A stretch of DNA of 64,000 bases, from positions 2,944,001-3,008,000 of the forward strand of contig OZ244561.1 in NCBI GenBank assembly GCA_965217585.1, in the 5' to 3' direction. The notes below the pieces were generated by a model. It searched no databases and was not told the origin of the DNA. It was given only the letters and a program-made list of their open reading frames with translations. This stretch comes from Candidatus Latescibacterota bacterium (lineage in GTDB: Bacteria > Latescibacterota > UBA2968 > UBA8231). The position numbers were made by a program, and so were the translations under genes. Every line of letters starts with the position of its first letter. The stretch's first letter is position 1. Below are positions 18,825-29,162 of the stretch, piece by piece.

Positions 18825-21494
18825 ATGAGGAAGCTGGCGCTCGTTTTCGTTGCGGTGTCCATCTATGTGCCTTCTCTCCAGGCCCAAGATCAACGGCTCG
18901 AACTTCCAACCTATCACCTGACCGTCGATCCCGCCGACCTGAGTGCCCTCTACCAGTCCCCCCGCAGCGATGTCCGCTATCCCGCCCAATTTTCCTTCGA
19001 GGGAGAGGTTCTCGAGTGCGAGGTGCGATTCCGGGGCGGGAGGACGTCCCGCAGGTACCCAAAGAAAAGCTGGAAGGTCTGGTTTGAGGATCCATCCAAT
19101 CCGGTTGGAGTCAGGGAGCTCAACCTCAACGCGGAATACTCGGATCTCTCGTTGATGCGCAACGCGCTGGCCATGAGGTTGTATCAGTTCATCGGCCATC
19201 CAGCGCCGAATACCGAGCACATCAGCCTGATGGTCAACGATGACTTCATGGGCGTCTTCGTCCAGGTAGAGGAGCCTGATCAGGATCTTCTTCGGCGGTA
19301 CGACTACGAGCTCGGAAGTCTCTACAAATCCGAGGATCACGGTGGGAGTACAGCGCCATTGCTGGATTACGACACCTACCTTTGTTCGTGGAACAAGAAG
19401 GTGGGAGGTGAATCCGACTATATCAATGGGCAGCGGCTATTCAATCAGCTCCTCTATCTGACGTATGAGGATTTTGCAGAGCGGATTTCCCTTCTGGTGG
19501 ATGTGGAGAATGTGCTTCAATACTTCGCGATCGCCTATGCGATCTCCAGTCTAGACGCCGTGACGAAGAATACGCTGCTCTATTTAGATCCGAGCGGGCG
19601 CTTGCATCAAATCTTACCCTGGGATCACGATGCTTCCTTCGGCAATCACTGGACCGGAGAATACCGGCCCGACTTTGAAACGGTCTCCGAACACCCCCAT
19701 CTGAACCACCATCTTCTATTTCAGAGGTTGATGGAATACGACGCCTGGCGCGAGTCGTTCTGGAGCAAGGTCAGCTTCGTCATCGAGCACGGATTCGCCG
19801 CCGTGGAGGCCGAGATCGATTCAACGTACGAGTTGATCAAGTCGGACGTTTATCTGGACGGAGCCAAGCTTGGCACCAACGCCGAATTTGACGATGAGAT
19901 CTCGCGTCTGAAAGGCTTTCTGGCGGCGAGGAGATCGTTCCTGACGGATTTCCCCTTTGTCGAAAAGAATCTTCTATCGGACTTGTACTGCTCCGATCCG
20001 TTTCCCTCGCCCGATGCCGATGATCGCGGCGTGGTGTTTCGAGCCACTTCGCGCAGCCCCCAGGCCGTCGTGGTCGAATACATCACGGATTTGTCGTCCT
20101 ACAAGACATGGGGAGAAGGGATCACGGTCAAGGAACTCGCGCTGTTCGACGATGGTCGACACGATGATCTGCAGGCGGGGGACCTCGTCTACGGCAATCG
20201 TCTCGTGCTGCCCAAAAACTACACGGGCCTCGTGCCCTATTCTTTCAGGGCCGGAGACTACTACAGCTATCCCTCCAACGGGCTATTCTACATCAATTAC
20301 AGGACCACGAAGACGTTCGCTTTGAATGTGAATCACGCCGGTATCGAGGGGTATCGACACTTGCAGATCGGAGACGTTCATCGGATACGCGATGAATATT
20401 TCATCGAGATCATCAATGCCGGTGAGTTGAATCTGAACCTTTCCTACTGCAGCTTTGAAGCCGGGGAGTATTTCAACCGCTTCATGTTCCCGCCCGAGAC
20501 GAACATCGAGGCGGGCACCAGCCTGATCCTTTCCTCGAACAGAGATGCCGCCGGGGACCTGTTTCCGGACTCGCCCGTCTTCGGCAACCTTTTTTTCGAT
20601 GTCTCGCTGGGCGACACGATGAAGCTGCTGACGCCCACACTGACGGTGATGACGGCTCGCGTCAACGAGACCTACAGCGCTGTCGATCTTCCGATACCAT
20701 CCATTGTGATCAACGAAATCAACTATCATTCAGCGGATGATCTGGATGCGGGAGATTGGGTCGAGTTGTACAATCCCAACGATGCTTCCGTCGATCTTGC
20801 CGGTTGGTACTTTCAAGACGACGATGACGACCATTCCTTTGTGCTGCCCGGTGGGACGCTCATCGAGCCGCGCGGATTTCTGGTGTTGTGCCGAGATGGT
20901 GCGGCTCTCGAATCCCTCCTGGGGGTCTCTTGTGTCGGAGACTTCGATTTCGGATTGAGGAACAGTGGAGAGCTGGTTCGCCTCTTCGACAGCGATGGAT
21001 TACTGGTCGATTCTTTCACCTACCAAGACGACAGTCCGTGGCCGGTGGAGGCGGACGGCGACGGTCCTACGCTGGAGTTGCTTCACTATAGCTTGGACAA
21101 TGCGGACCCCATGCACTGGCGGGCTTCCATCCCGATGGGGGGCACTCCGGGTCGGGCCAACAGCGTGTTGGCGTCACCTACATCTGTCGCGAGCGAGACG
21201 GACGAGGGAGCACCGCGGTCGTTCAACCTCTTTCAGAACTATCCCAATCCCTTCAATAGCGAAACCCACATCGCCTTTCACCTACCGCGAACGGAGCATC
21301 TTTCTCTGGAAATCTTCAACTTGACCGGCCAATTGGTGGCCACCCTGATGGAGGGCGTTTATCGAGCGGGCAGACACCGGATAGCCTGGGACGGCCGGAA
21401 CGATCGAGGAGAGTCCGCTGGTTCCGGGATATTCTTCTATCGGTTGACGACGGAAACCTTGCAGTCAACGCGAACCATGGTCCTCGTCAAGTGA
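18825..21494 (+). CDS. Secreted CotH-family kinase with choice-of-anchor-X-like, lamin-tail and FlgD/T9SS-like C-terminal domains
   Basis: Signal peptide MRKLALVF. CotH motifs RFRGG..S..KKSWKV and ILPWDHDASFG; LFDDGRHDD; IVINEINY..DWVELYN; NYPNPFN...WDGRNDRG. Confidence 0.88.
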   Translation: MRKLALVFVAVSIYVPSLQAQDQRLELPTYHLTVDPADLSALYQSPRSDVRYPAQFSFEGEVLECEVRFRGGRTSRRYPKKSWKVWFEDPSNPVGVRELNLNAEYSDLSLMRNALAMRLYQFIGHPAPNTEHISLMVNDDFMGVFVQVEEPDQDLLRRYDYELGSLYKSEDHGGSTAPLLDYDTYLCSWNKKVGGESDYINGQRLFNQLLYLTYEDFAERISLLVDVENVLQYFAIAYAISSLDAVTKNTLLYLDPSGRLHQILPWDHDASFGNHWTGEYRPDFETVSEHPHLNHHLLFQRLMEYDAWRESFWSKVSFVIEHGFAAVEAEIDSTYELIKSDVYLDGAKLGTNAEFDDEISRLKGFLAARRSFLTDFPFVEKNLLSDLYCSDPFPSPDADDRGVVFRATSRSPQAVVVEYITDLSSYKTWGEGITVKELALFDDGRHDDLQAGDLVYGNRLVLPKNYTGLVPYSFRAGDYYSYPSNGLFYINYRTTKTFALNVNHAGIEGYRHLQIGDVHRIRDEYFIEIINAGELNLNLSYCSFEAGEYFNRFMFPPETNIEAGTSLILSSNRDAAGDLFPDSPVFGNLFFDVSLGDTMKLLTPTLTVMTARVNETYSAVDLPIPSIVINEINYHSADDLDAGDWVELYNPNDASVDLAGWYFQDDDDDHSFVLPGGTLIEPRGFLVLCRDGAALESLLGVSCVGDFDFGLRNSGELVRLFDSDGLLVDSFTYQDDSPWPVEADGDGPTLELLHYSLDNADPMHWRASIPMGGTPGRANSVLASPTSVASETDEGAPRSFNLFQNYPNPFNSETHIAFHLPRTEHLSLEIFNLTGQLVATLMEGVYRAGRHRIAWDGRNDRGESAGSGIFFYRLTTETLQSTRTMVLVK

Positions 21495-21599
21495 TGGGGG
21501 CGTGTCATGACAGGCATAGAATACGACTCACACCGCACGAAGCTTAGGCATCCCGTCCGCTGGCTGACAGGCTGCTGGGTGGTTTTACTCTTGCTATCG

Positions 21600-21780
21600 C
21601 CCGCCGGTAGCCAGGACGGATCGCCAGCACCTCCTTGCGTCCGTCGCTCATGGCACCGATGACGACCAGCAGCGCGGCCTTCTCCTTCTCCAGTCCCGCC
21701 TTCACGTAGATGCCATCCGCCCAGGCGTAGACCACCTCCCGGTCGTCCAGACGCCGCTGCTGTCAGGCCTCGAACTCCAT
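21600..21780 (-). pseudogene. IS256-family transposase fragment
   Basis: EFEA*QQRRLDDREVVYAWADGIYVKAGLEKEKAALLVVIGAMSDGRKEVLAIRPGYR; internal stop, both ends missing. Confidence 0.8.
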
Positions 21781-21811
21781 TTGCTAATATTTGACGATAT
21801 ACAGTGAATAA

Positions 21812-22086
21812 CTGACGTTACGCAGTTTTTGTCATGCCTGCGAAAGCAGGCATCCAGATTACTCCTCGGCGGTTCGGGCTTCGGTACGTTTGGTTGAACC
21901 GCTGAGCGACTCGACAACTCGATTGAGCGCACCGAATTCCGCATCGTGCGCGGGGCTGGATTCCCGCCCCGTGTCGGGGCACGGGGTGACGTTCTTTCGC
22001 GGGAATGACATGAGTGGGCGGCAGGAAGCCACAGACGATAACGGCTGCGTAACATCAGTACCTAAGAAGTCCGTGCGTAACGTCAG
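21812..22086. mobile_element. MITE with 13-bp TIRs and a 7-bp flanking direct repeat, carrying a REP doublet
   Basis: CTGACGTTACGCA (21812-21824) / TGCGTAACGTCAG (22074-22086), with TGAATAA on both flanks. Internal GTCATGCCTGCGAAAGCAGGCATCCAG and an inverted CTGGATTCCCGC...GCGGGAATGAC. Confidence 0.7.
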
Positions 22087-22167
22087 TGAATAAGTGAATG
22101 TAGCGCACCAGAGCTAAGTTCTGATGCTGGCTCGCTCACTAGGGCAACAGTCTGGAGAGGAATAATT

Positions 22168-22986
22168 ATGGACGAATTCGCATTGGCGGAGGATTTCCAG
22201 TTCGACGCGCAGGGTTTTCTCATGCTGCGGAACGTCTTTGACGCCGAGCGCTGCCGGGGCTACCTCGAAGAGCTTGAGCGACTGTTTGCGCGCAAATACG
22301 ATGACCCTTGGCTGCGCGATGGGGTTCGCGGGCAGACGACGGTGCAGATCGCCGAAGGCCAGCGGCGGGTCAACGGCCTGCCGCTGTGGACGGAAGTATT
22401 CGACGAGGTCATCAGTTTTGCGCCGGTGGTGGAGCGCTTGCGGCGCTGGATGCAGCACCCCCAGCTCGTCAACACGTGGGCTATTGAGAAGACGGAGGGG
22501 ACGCCTTGGGGTGGATGGCACCGGGGGTTAAATCCAGACGACTATACCGTGCGCAGAGGGCAGATCCGCACGCGCATGTTGAATTGCGTGTACTTTCTGA
22601 CGGACAACGATGAAGAAGATGGCTGCTTAGCGGTGGTGCCCGGTGCGCACAAGTCGGAGATCGATCTGCCCATGGCCGAGTACCGGAGCCGCGATTTGCC
22701 CGGGGCCGTGCGGGTCACTGGGAAGGCGGGGGATATGGTCATGTTCTCGGAGACGCTGCTCCATACGGGCGCGGCAAAGAGTTCATCCCGTCAGCGCACG
22801 AACCTCTATTTCAATTACATCGACGCCACCTACAACCCGGCGATGCGGGAACTGCTGGCCGGCAACCAAGGCAACGTCAACCACTACGTGTTCCCACCCG
22901 AGGTGCGCTCTCGTTTCGACGAGACTCAGCGCGAGCTTACCGAGTGGATGGAGTGGCAGCGCACGGCACCGGCGTCGAGTGGCTAG
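22168..22986 (+). CDS. PhyH-family Fe(II)/2OG oxygenase (H-x-G variant)
   Basis: FDAQGFL, WHRG, GCLAVVPGAHK and GDMVMFSETLLH motifs. Confidence 0.85.
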   Translation: MDEFALAEDFQFDAQGFLMLRNVFDAERCRGYLEELERLFARKYDDPWLRDGVRGQTTVQIAEGQRRVNGLPLWTEVFDEVISFAPVVERLRRWMQHPQLVNTWAIEKTEGTPWGGWHRGLNPDDYTVRRGQIRTRMLNCVYFLTDNDEEDGCLAVVPGAHKSEIDLPMAEYRSRDLPGAVRVTGKAGDMVMFSETLLHTGAAKSSSRQRTNLYFNYIDATYNPAMRELLAGNQGNVNHYVFPPEVRSRFDETQRELTEWMEWQRTAPASSG

Positions 22987-23036
22987 GCGAGATATTCGTA
23001 GAAGTAAGCGATTAACAGGCGATAAAGGAGAATCAC

Positions 23037-24416
23037 TTGACGAATATACCCTCTCCCTCGCCAGAGGAAGTCTTGGCCGAAGGAGAAGTGCAAGAGCGAC
23101 GGGACGCTCTCCGGCGCACGGTTCAAGAAGCATTTGAGGCCGAGGATCTAGGCACCCTGCGTCTCATCCTCAACGACCATCACCCTGCGGACTTGGCCGA
23201 TTTGTTCCGCCACCTAGACGAAGAGGAGCAACCCGTAGCATTGCAGACTTTGGCTGAGCCGCTGGCCGCCGCGGTCTTGGCCGAGATGGACACGGATGTC
23301 CTGCGCGAGGTGGCCGAAGATCTGCCCGCTGACGATTTGTCGGGATTGGTCGATGAAATGGCCCCCGACGATGCGGCCGATGTCTTGGGCGACCTGTCTG
23401 AGGAGCAGAGTGCCGAGGTCCTCGATTTGCTCGAAGGCGAGGAAGCGGGGCAGGTACGCGAGTTGTTGGCCCATCCCGAGGATACGGCCGGCGGGCTGAT
23501 GACCTCGCGTTTTATCGCCATGTCCGAGGAGATGAGCGCAGCCCAAGCCATAGAGCAGGTGCGGGCTTGGGCCGAAGACGAAGATGAGGTGTTCTATCTC
23601 TATTTGACCGACCAAGAGGGGCTGCTGAGTGGTTTGGTGCCGCTCAAGCGGTTGTTGTTGGCCCCGGCCGATGCCCCGGTTGGCACCTTGGCCAAGCGCA
23701 ATCCGATCGCGGTGCGGAGCGATATGGACCAGGAGGAGATCGCCTATATCTTCGCCGAGTACGATCTGTGGGTATTGCCGGTGGTCAATGATGTAGGGCG
23801 CTTGGTGGGCGTGGTGACTGTGGACGACATCTTCGACGTCATCGAAGAGGAGACCACCGAGGATATGTACGAGATGGCGGCTATTCCCTCGGAGGAGCGC
23901 ACGGATCGCTCGGCTGCGGGCGTGGTGCGTCTGCGGCTGCCTTGGCTGTTGGTTTGCTTGGGGGGCACTTTGCTCGCGGGTGCGGTGATCGAGGGTTTTG
24001 CCGATACGCTGGCCACGGTCCTTGCCCTGTCTTTTTTCGTGCCCGCGGTCATGGCTATGGGCGGCAATACGGGCATCCAGACCGCTACGGTGACTGTGCG
24101 CAGCTTAGCCATCGGCCAGGAGCAATGGGGCTTGGTGGGACGCGAACTGCGGGTGGCTTTGGGCTTGGGGGGTATTCTGGGTGTTTTGTCTTGGGGCGTG
24201 GCTAGCTGGTGGACTGGCGATGTGCTCTTGGGGGGATGCGTCGGCTTGGCGATGGGGGCGGCGGTGATACTGGCGGCGGTGATGGGTGCTGTGGTGCCGT
24301 TGGTTTTCCGCCGCTTGGGGATTGATCCGGCTGTGGCTTCGGGGCCGCTGATCACGACGATCAACGACGGGTTGTCTCTGCTGCTCTATTTTGGGATTGC
24401 TGTGTTTTTCTTGTAG
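23037..24416 (+). CDS. mgtE: Magnesium transporter MgtE
   Basis: HPADLAD, DDAAD, a CBS pair (TAGGLMT, GVVTVDD), RLPWL, MGGNTGIQT and DPAVASGPLITT; TTG start with AAGGAG RBS. Confidence 0.96.
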   Translation: MTNIPSPSPEEVLAEGEVQERRDALRRTVQEAFEAEDLGTLRLILNDHHPADLADLFRHLDEEEQPVALQTLAEPLAAAVLAEMDTDVLREVAEDLPADDLSGLVDEMAPDDAADVLGDLSEEQSAEVLDLLEGEEAGQVRELLAHPEDTAGGLMTSRFIAMSEEMSAAQAIEQVRAWAEDEDEVFYLYLTDQEGLLSGLVPLKRLLLAPADAPVGTLAKRNPIAVRSDMDQEEIAYIFAEYDLWVLPVVNDVGRLVGVVTVDDIFDVIEEETTEDMYEMAAIPSEERTDRSAAGVVRLRLPWLLVCLGGTLLAGAVIEGFADTLATVLALSFFVPAVMAMGGNTGIQTATVTVRSLAIGQEQWGLVGRELRVALGLGGILGVLSWGVASWWTGDVLLGGCVGLAMGAAVILAAVMGAVVPLVFRRLGIDPAVASGPLITTINDGLSLLLYFGIAVFFL

Positions 24417-24978
24417 GGGTGGGGCTACTCGGTGATAGGCAGCAAACCCGTACTGCCAGCACTGCCGAGGGACCTGCGAGAGCACAAACGATCTTCAGGG
24501 ATCTTGCCCGACCCGTGCGTTCAGCGTCTTGACAGAGAGGTCCCCAAAGGCACCTTATTATTATAGAGTAGGAAATCCACCGCGCAGATTATTAGAGCAG
24601 GAGAAGAAAGTAGTTTCGGAGAGTCGGATCACACTGGCGAGCCACAACTCCCGTGCACGTGGGTGTGCCCCGAACGAGCTGACGAGGAGTAATCATGCAG
24701 ACTTCGCTTACCGGCTGCTTTCGGGCATATGAGATACCGTTGCTGTCGTTCGTTGATTGCAATATAGCCGACATGGACATCGGGGCAACAACCCGAAGGC
24801 CGACCCGCAGAAGGTGCGAGTGGTGTTAGTATTATCCACGGGCAGCGCAAACTGAAGGTACCCGCACGGAGATAACGCTTGCTACTCCTTGTCGGCCGGA
24901 GGTACGACAGTTGAGAGATCCCGTTGCCTGTCCAGCGATCGAAATCCATCACATAACGAATTCCCTGGGAGAGGTGCC

Positions 24979-26313
24979 ATGAACATCGACAGAGTCCGGG
25001 TCAGAGGATTGTTTGACCACTTCGACCACGACCTGGAGTTCCACACTAACGAACGCATCATGATTATGATCGGCCCGAACGGCTTCGGCAAGACCACGAC
25101 GCTACGGCTCATAGATGTATTATTCAACCAATCGATGTGGAGTCTGGCCCGCATGCCGTTTCGAGATATCGAGGTCTCGTTCGATGAAGGTACGACCTTG
25201 ATTGCAGCGAGAGAAACGGATCCAATGCGCCAACAGAAGGACCGTCTACCGGTCACCCTGACTGTTCAGTGTAACGGCGAAGAAGAGACATTTTCGCCCC
25301 CCAAAGTCGCGGTTGATCCGAACGACTTGACGATTCCGCTCTCCGCTGTCGATGACATCATTCCGGTTCTTGACCGTGTCGGTCCCCGAAAGTGGCGCAA
25401 CAGGGAGACTAATGACGTACTGGATCTCGACGAGGTGCTCACGGTCTTCCATGACGAATTCCCGCCGGAGGTTCAACGCGTTGACTTAGCAAGCCCGGAA
25501 TGGCTGCAAGAATTACTACATGCTGTCGCGGTTCGCTTCATCGACACTGAACGTCTGACGGGCACAGCCAAGAGAGATCGGCGCGGGCTATGGAAAGGTC
25601 GTCCTGAGCGCACCGTTCGCCTTTATTCTGAGGAACTCGCCAGTCAGGTAAACGACTCAATCGCAAAATACGGCGCGCTATCTCAGTCCCTCGACAAGAC
25701 GTTTCCTGTGCGCTTGGTCGCCGCTGGCGGACGCTCCGGCGGGTCCGTGGAGACGTTGCGAGAAGATCTCGACACGATCGAACAGAAGCTCTCACAACTT
25801 GAAGAGGTTGGCCTGCTAGTGGGTGATCAGGTCCACATCAAGATTCCTGATTTGGCTGACGTAGATGAGTCGCAGCGCGGCGTGCTCGCGGTGTATGCAA
25901 AGGACACTCAGGACAAACTGGGCGTGTTCGATGAGCTATACGAGAAGGTAGGCACCTTCAGAAGGATAGCGAACTCGCGCTTTCGTCATAAACAGGTGAG
26001 GGTGGACGGGCAGGGGTTCAGCGTCGTTACGGACGATGGTTTGACTCTGGATTTGGAAATGCTCTCCTCTGGAGAACAGCATGAACTCGTCATTCTTTAT
26101 GAATTGCTCTTTAGGGCAAAGAGCAATTCACTCATTCTCATCGACGAGCCAGAGCTTTCGCTTCACGTCGCTTGGCAAGAGCGGTTCGTGAAGGATCTTG
26201 AGGAAACCGCTAGAGTGTCCAACTTTCGCGCAATTATCGCGACGCATTCCCCGGAGATCATTGGAGACAGATGGGACCTTACTGTTGAACTGAGTGGTCC
26301 GAACGGGGACTGA
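24979..26313 (+). CDS. ABC-type (AAA_15/AAA_21) ATPase, PARIS AriA-like
   Basis: Start MNIDRVRVRGLF at 24979 with GAGG RBS. Walker A GPNGFGKT, LSSGEQ, ILIDEPE and ATHS; no TM partner; coupled to the DUF4435 gene. Confidence 0.85.
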   Translation: MNIDRVRVRGLFDHFDHDLEFHTNERIMIMIGPNGFGKTTTLRLIDVLFNQSMWSLARMPFRDIEVSFDEGTTLIAARETDPMRQQKDRLPVTLTVQCNGEEETFSPPKVAVDPNDLTIPLSAVDDIIPVLDRVGPRKWRNRETNDVLDLDEVLTVFHDEFPPEVQRVDLASPEWLQELLHAVAVRFIDTERLTGTAKRDRRGLWKGRPERTVRLYSEELASQVNDSIAKYGALSQSLDKTFPVRLVAAGGRSGGSVETLREDLDTIEQKLSQLEEVGLLVGDQVHIKIPDLADVDESQRGVLAVYAKDTQDKLGVFDELYEKVGTFRRIANSRFRHKQVRVDGQGFSVVTDDGLTLDLEMLSSGEQHELVILYELLFRAKSNSLILIDEPELSLHVAWQERFVKDLEETARVSNFRAIIATHSPEIIGDRWDLTVELSGPNGD

Positions 26314-27152
26314 TGCGTCGCAAGCCGATAGTCAAGGCCAATGAAATACGCCTGAAACGTCAGCACCACAACGGTTGCTTTCTCGTAGTCGAAGGTCGCG
26401 ACGACCGATTGTTCTTCGAGCAGTTCATCGATGCTGATGCCTGTACGGTAATTGTAGCTGACGGAAAGCCGAACGTTGCTGAAGTCATCGGCATACTGGA
26501 CGCGGATCGCTTTCCGGGCGTAGTCGGTGTAGTAGATGCGGACCTCGATCATATAGAGGGCATCGAACAGGAAAGTGACAATGTTATTGTTCTCGAGACG
26601 GTGGACTTGGAAGCGTTGCTCATTCAGTCCCCTGCGCTTGATCGTGTCCTAGTCGAGCTAGGGAGTGCTGCGAAGATCGCCAGATTCGGGAAGGATGTTC
26701 GGAAGGCGCTACTTGAAGCTACGCTGACGATCGGGTGTCTGCGTCTACATTCAATGCGTGCCGAGCTGAGTCTGACGTTTCAAAAGATCAACTACGCAAA
26801 ATGTATCGACGAAACGTCGCTCACAGTTGATGTTCACTTCCTCGTTCGGGAAGTGAAGAATCGTTCCAGCCGTTTCGATCTGCGGTGCCAAGATCTCGTG
26901 CAGGGCATCGACGCCATCCAGCTCCCATTGGAAGACCCGTGGCTGGTATGTTACGGAGCGGACATGGTGGCACTCCTGGCATTCGGATTGAGGAAAACGC
27001 TGGGCACGAATAATTCACAGGCCGTAGCCCCGGACGTGCTACGTAGGTGTCTACGTCTGGCGTTTCAGCGCAGTGACCTGAACAAGTCGCAACTCGCCTC
27101 GGAGTTACACGATTGGACGGCGCGGAACTCGGGTTTTAGCGTATTAAGATAA
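26313..27152 (+). CDS. DUF4435 TOPRIM-like nuclease, PARIS AriB-like
   Basis: [16 protein letters not shown] and DLEALL motifs; TGATG overlap with the ATPase. Confidence 0.8.
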   Translation: MRRKPIVKANEIRLKRQHHNGCFLVVEGRDDRLFFEQFIDADACTVIVADGKPNVAEVIGILDADRFPGVVGVVDADLDHIEGIEQESDNVIVLETVDLEALLIQSPALDRVLVELGSAAKIARFGKDVRKALLEATLTIGCLRLHSMRAELSLTFQKINYAKCIDETSLTVDVHFLVREVKNRSSRFDLRCQDLVQGIDAIQLPLEDPWLVCYGADMVALLAFGLRKTLGTNNSQAVAPDVLRRCLRLAFQRSDLNKSQLASELHDWTARNSGFSVLR

Positions 27153-27434
27153 GAGACCCTGTTTCATCGCTTGGGCTAAGTCGTAGGCCGCCTGCAATCG
27201 GTACCACGTGTTCGCCCCGCCGCCGAATGCCTTGTCGAGGCGGATCGCCATCTGCGGCGAGATCCTCGAATGACCATTCACGACATCGGATAGCTGCTTT
27301 CGGCTGACGCCAAGTTTTTTTGCTGCTTCCGTCACGCTAAGCCCCAACGGCTCTAGGCAGTCATGACGGACGGACAGACCTGGATGGGGTGGGTTCTTCA
27401 TCTGGAGACCGTTGTGTCGGAAGCGGACAATCAT
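27144..27434 (-). CDS. higA: HigA-family antitoxin, C-terminally clipped, with a fused N-terminal HigB remnant
   Basis: NPPHPG...[20 protein letters not shown]...MAIRL motif. Leader [10 protein letters not shown] resembles a HigB N-terminus. Confidence 0.8.
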   Translation of the reverse strand: MIVRFRHNGLQMKNPPHPGLSVRHDCLEPLGLSVTEAAKKLGVSRKQLSDVVNGHSRISPQMAIRLDKAFGGGANTWYRLQAAYDLAQAMKQGLLS

Positions 27435-27548
27435 TCATAGAATGTAACCTGTCACTTCCCAGTTTGCCATTCTCCTTGGCTTGGGCTGCCGGCCCCCGGC
27501 GACGGTGCTAGCGATTGATAGTTTTCACTCGAATCAGGAGTTTTACTA

Positions 27549-27615
27549 TTTGATGAAAATACCTATTTGAGTGAAATTTCTTGATTTTTTCACTCAAATC
27601 CCTATTTTCAGCAAA
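27549..27615. promoter_or_regulatory. 28-bp inverted repeat pair, putative AbiEi operator
   Basis: TTTGATGAAAATACCTATTTGAGTGAAA (27549-27576) vs TTTCACTCAAATCCCTATTTTCAGCAAA (27588-27615), 4 mismatches; abuts the start codon. Confidence 0.7.
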
Positions 27616-28718
27616 TGATGAAATCTGCTGAAATAGTGAAAGAGCTAGAGATCGCGGCCGCGAATGCTGTCCGCGACCTGCTAGGCCATGTGCCGAACGT
27701 GGAGATCGGCTCGGTCGATTATGAGGAGAATGTCGGACGCGACTACCGAATCGATTTACGGATCGCTTTGAGTCGTGGCGGCGTCAATTATGCGCTCATC
27801 ATTGAGGTGAAAGGGAATGGGGCACCGCGCTTTGTCCGTTCCGCGATCTATCACCTTAGAGACTATGTGGCGCATGTGGATCAATCCAATCACGCGGATG
27901 CCGGCCAGCGTTTGATTCCGATGCTTGTCAGCCCCTACCTGTCTCCGGAGTCGCGGGCGATCTGCACCGATCACAATGTCGCTTATCTCGATCTTTTCGG
28001 GAACGCCCATCTCGCTTTTGATAGTGTCTATATTGATCGAGCCGTCGCAGATAAGCCGAAGTCCGAAAGCCGAGCGCTAAGGTCAATCTTTAACCCAAAG
28101 GCGGCCGCTATCTTGCGCGTTATGCTGCGCGATCCAGACCGCGCATGGCGCGTCACCGACTTGGCCGAAAAAGCCAATGCGAGCCTTGGTCATGTGAGCA
28201 ATGTTCGCAAAGCGCTGCTTGAACGGGAATGGATTGAAAAACGGGTTGACGGCGTCGTCCTCAGCCAGCCGGATGCGCTCTTGAAAGCGTGGCGTGAGAA
28301 CTATCGTCGGCCGGCCGGCCATCGCATCACCGGATACACGCATCTCCACGGCAAGCAGTTCGACGAGCGATTGTCGAAAGCACTTAATCCACAGTGCCCG
28401 CGCGCGATCTACTCATTGCATTCCGCCGCCCAATGGTTCGCGCCCTTTGGCCGGGACGGCACACATACTTTATATGCTGACGAATCTGGTGCTCAATTTT
28501 TGCAAGAGGCGTTGAGACTGACCCCTGTCACAAAAGGAGCGAATGTCGTCTTGCATATCCCCAATGATGAGAGCCTGTTCGACGACGCCATAGAGCCAGC
28601 GCCAGGCATATTCTGTACCAGTCCGATCATTACGTATCTCGATCTGTGGAACGGCAACGACCGCGACCGTGAGGCTGCCGAATATGTAGCCAGGGAGTTC
28701 TTCGCATGGCTAGAATAG
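27615..28718 (+). CDS. Type IV TA AbiEi-like antitoxin (PD-(D/E)xK-like N-terminus + wHTH)
   Basis: ID....IIEVK, PYLSP, YLDLFGN, DLAEKANASLGHVSNV, and C-terminal SPIITYLDL...RDREAAE. Confidence 0.75.
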   Translation: MMKSAEIVKELEIAAANAVRDLLGHVPNVEIGSVDYEENVGRDYRIDLRIALSRGGVNYALIIEVKGNGAPRFVRSAIYHLRDYVAHVDQSNHADAGQRLIPMLVSPYLSPESRAICTDHNVAYLDLFGNAHLAFDSVYIDRAVADKPKSESRALRSIFNPKAAAILRVMLRDPDRAWRVTDLAEKANASLGHVSNVRKALLEREWIEKRVDGVVLSQPDALLKAWRENYRRPAGHRITGYTHLHGKQFDERLSKALNPQCPRAIYSLHSAAQWFAPFGRDGTHTLYADESGAQFLQEALRLTPVTKGANVVLHIPNDESLFDDAIEPAPGIFCTSPIITYLDLWNGNDRDREAAEYVAREFFAWLE

Positions 28719-28864
28719 AACCGCGATCCGCCAATGACTATGATGACCGCACCACAGCGGCGGTCAAATCCGTACTGGTCGAGATCGGGCAAATCTTGGG
28801 CAGCTTTGAAAGCAAGTACTCTGGAGGCATTTTGATTATGTATATACAGTTGTATACTCAATAG
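28706..28864 (+). pseudogene. Truncated cognate nucleotidyltransferase (AbiEii-like) toxin
   Basis: ATG overlaps the AbiEi end. MARIEPRSANDYDDRTTAAVKSVLVEIGQILGSF then runs into the brnT promoter before the expected GG motif. Confidence 0.6.
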
Positions 28865-28865
28865 A

Positions 28866-29162
28866 ATGAACTTTGAATGGGACGAAGCCAAAAATGAGGC
28901 AAACCTTGCCAAGCATGGGATTGACTTTAAAGGTGCTCAAACCATTTGGGAGACCACCGTAGTTACTCTGCAAAGCTCCCAACCGCATTCCGACGAAGTT
29001 CGCTATCTAGCAATTGGTCTCTATAAAGGGCGTGAAATCACCGTCGTCTATACGTGGCGCGGTGCCAATATACGCCTGATTTCAGCGCGGAGGGCACGTA
29101 CCAATGAGCGAAAATTCTACTGGCAAAATGCGCGACCGAACGAATCTGAAGAGGCTGGATAG
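28866..29162 (+). CDS. brnT: BrnT-family toxin
   Basis: FEWDEAKNEANLAKHGIDF...IRLISARRA; palindromic TGTATATACA upstream. Confidence 0.92.
   Translation: MNFEWDEAKNEANLAKHGIDFKGAQTIWETTVVTLQSSQPHSDEVRYLAIGLYKGREITVVYTWRGANIRLISARRARTNERKFYWQNARPNESEEAG

Noticed and set aside
24570-24960. Possible small gene or ncRNA upstream of the PARIS-like ATPase
   Set aside because: The short ORFs lack recognisable motifs or a clear RBS, and no convincing RNA structure was found by eye.
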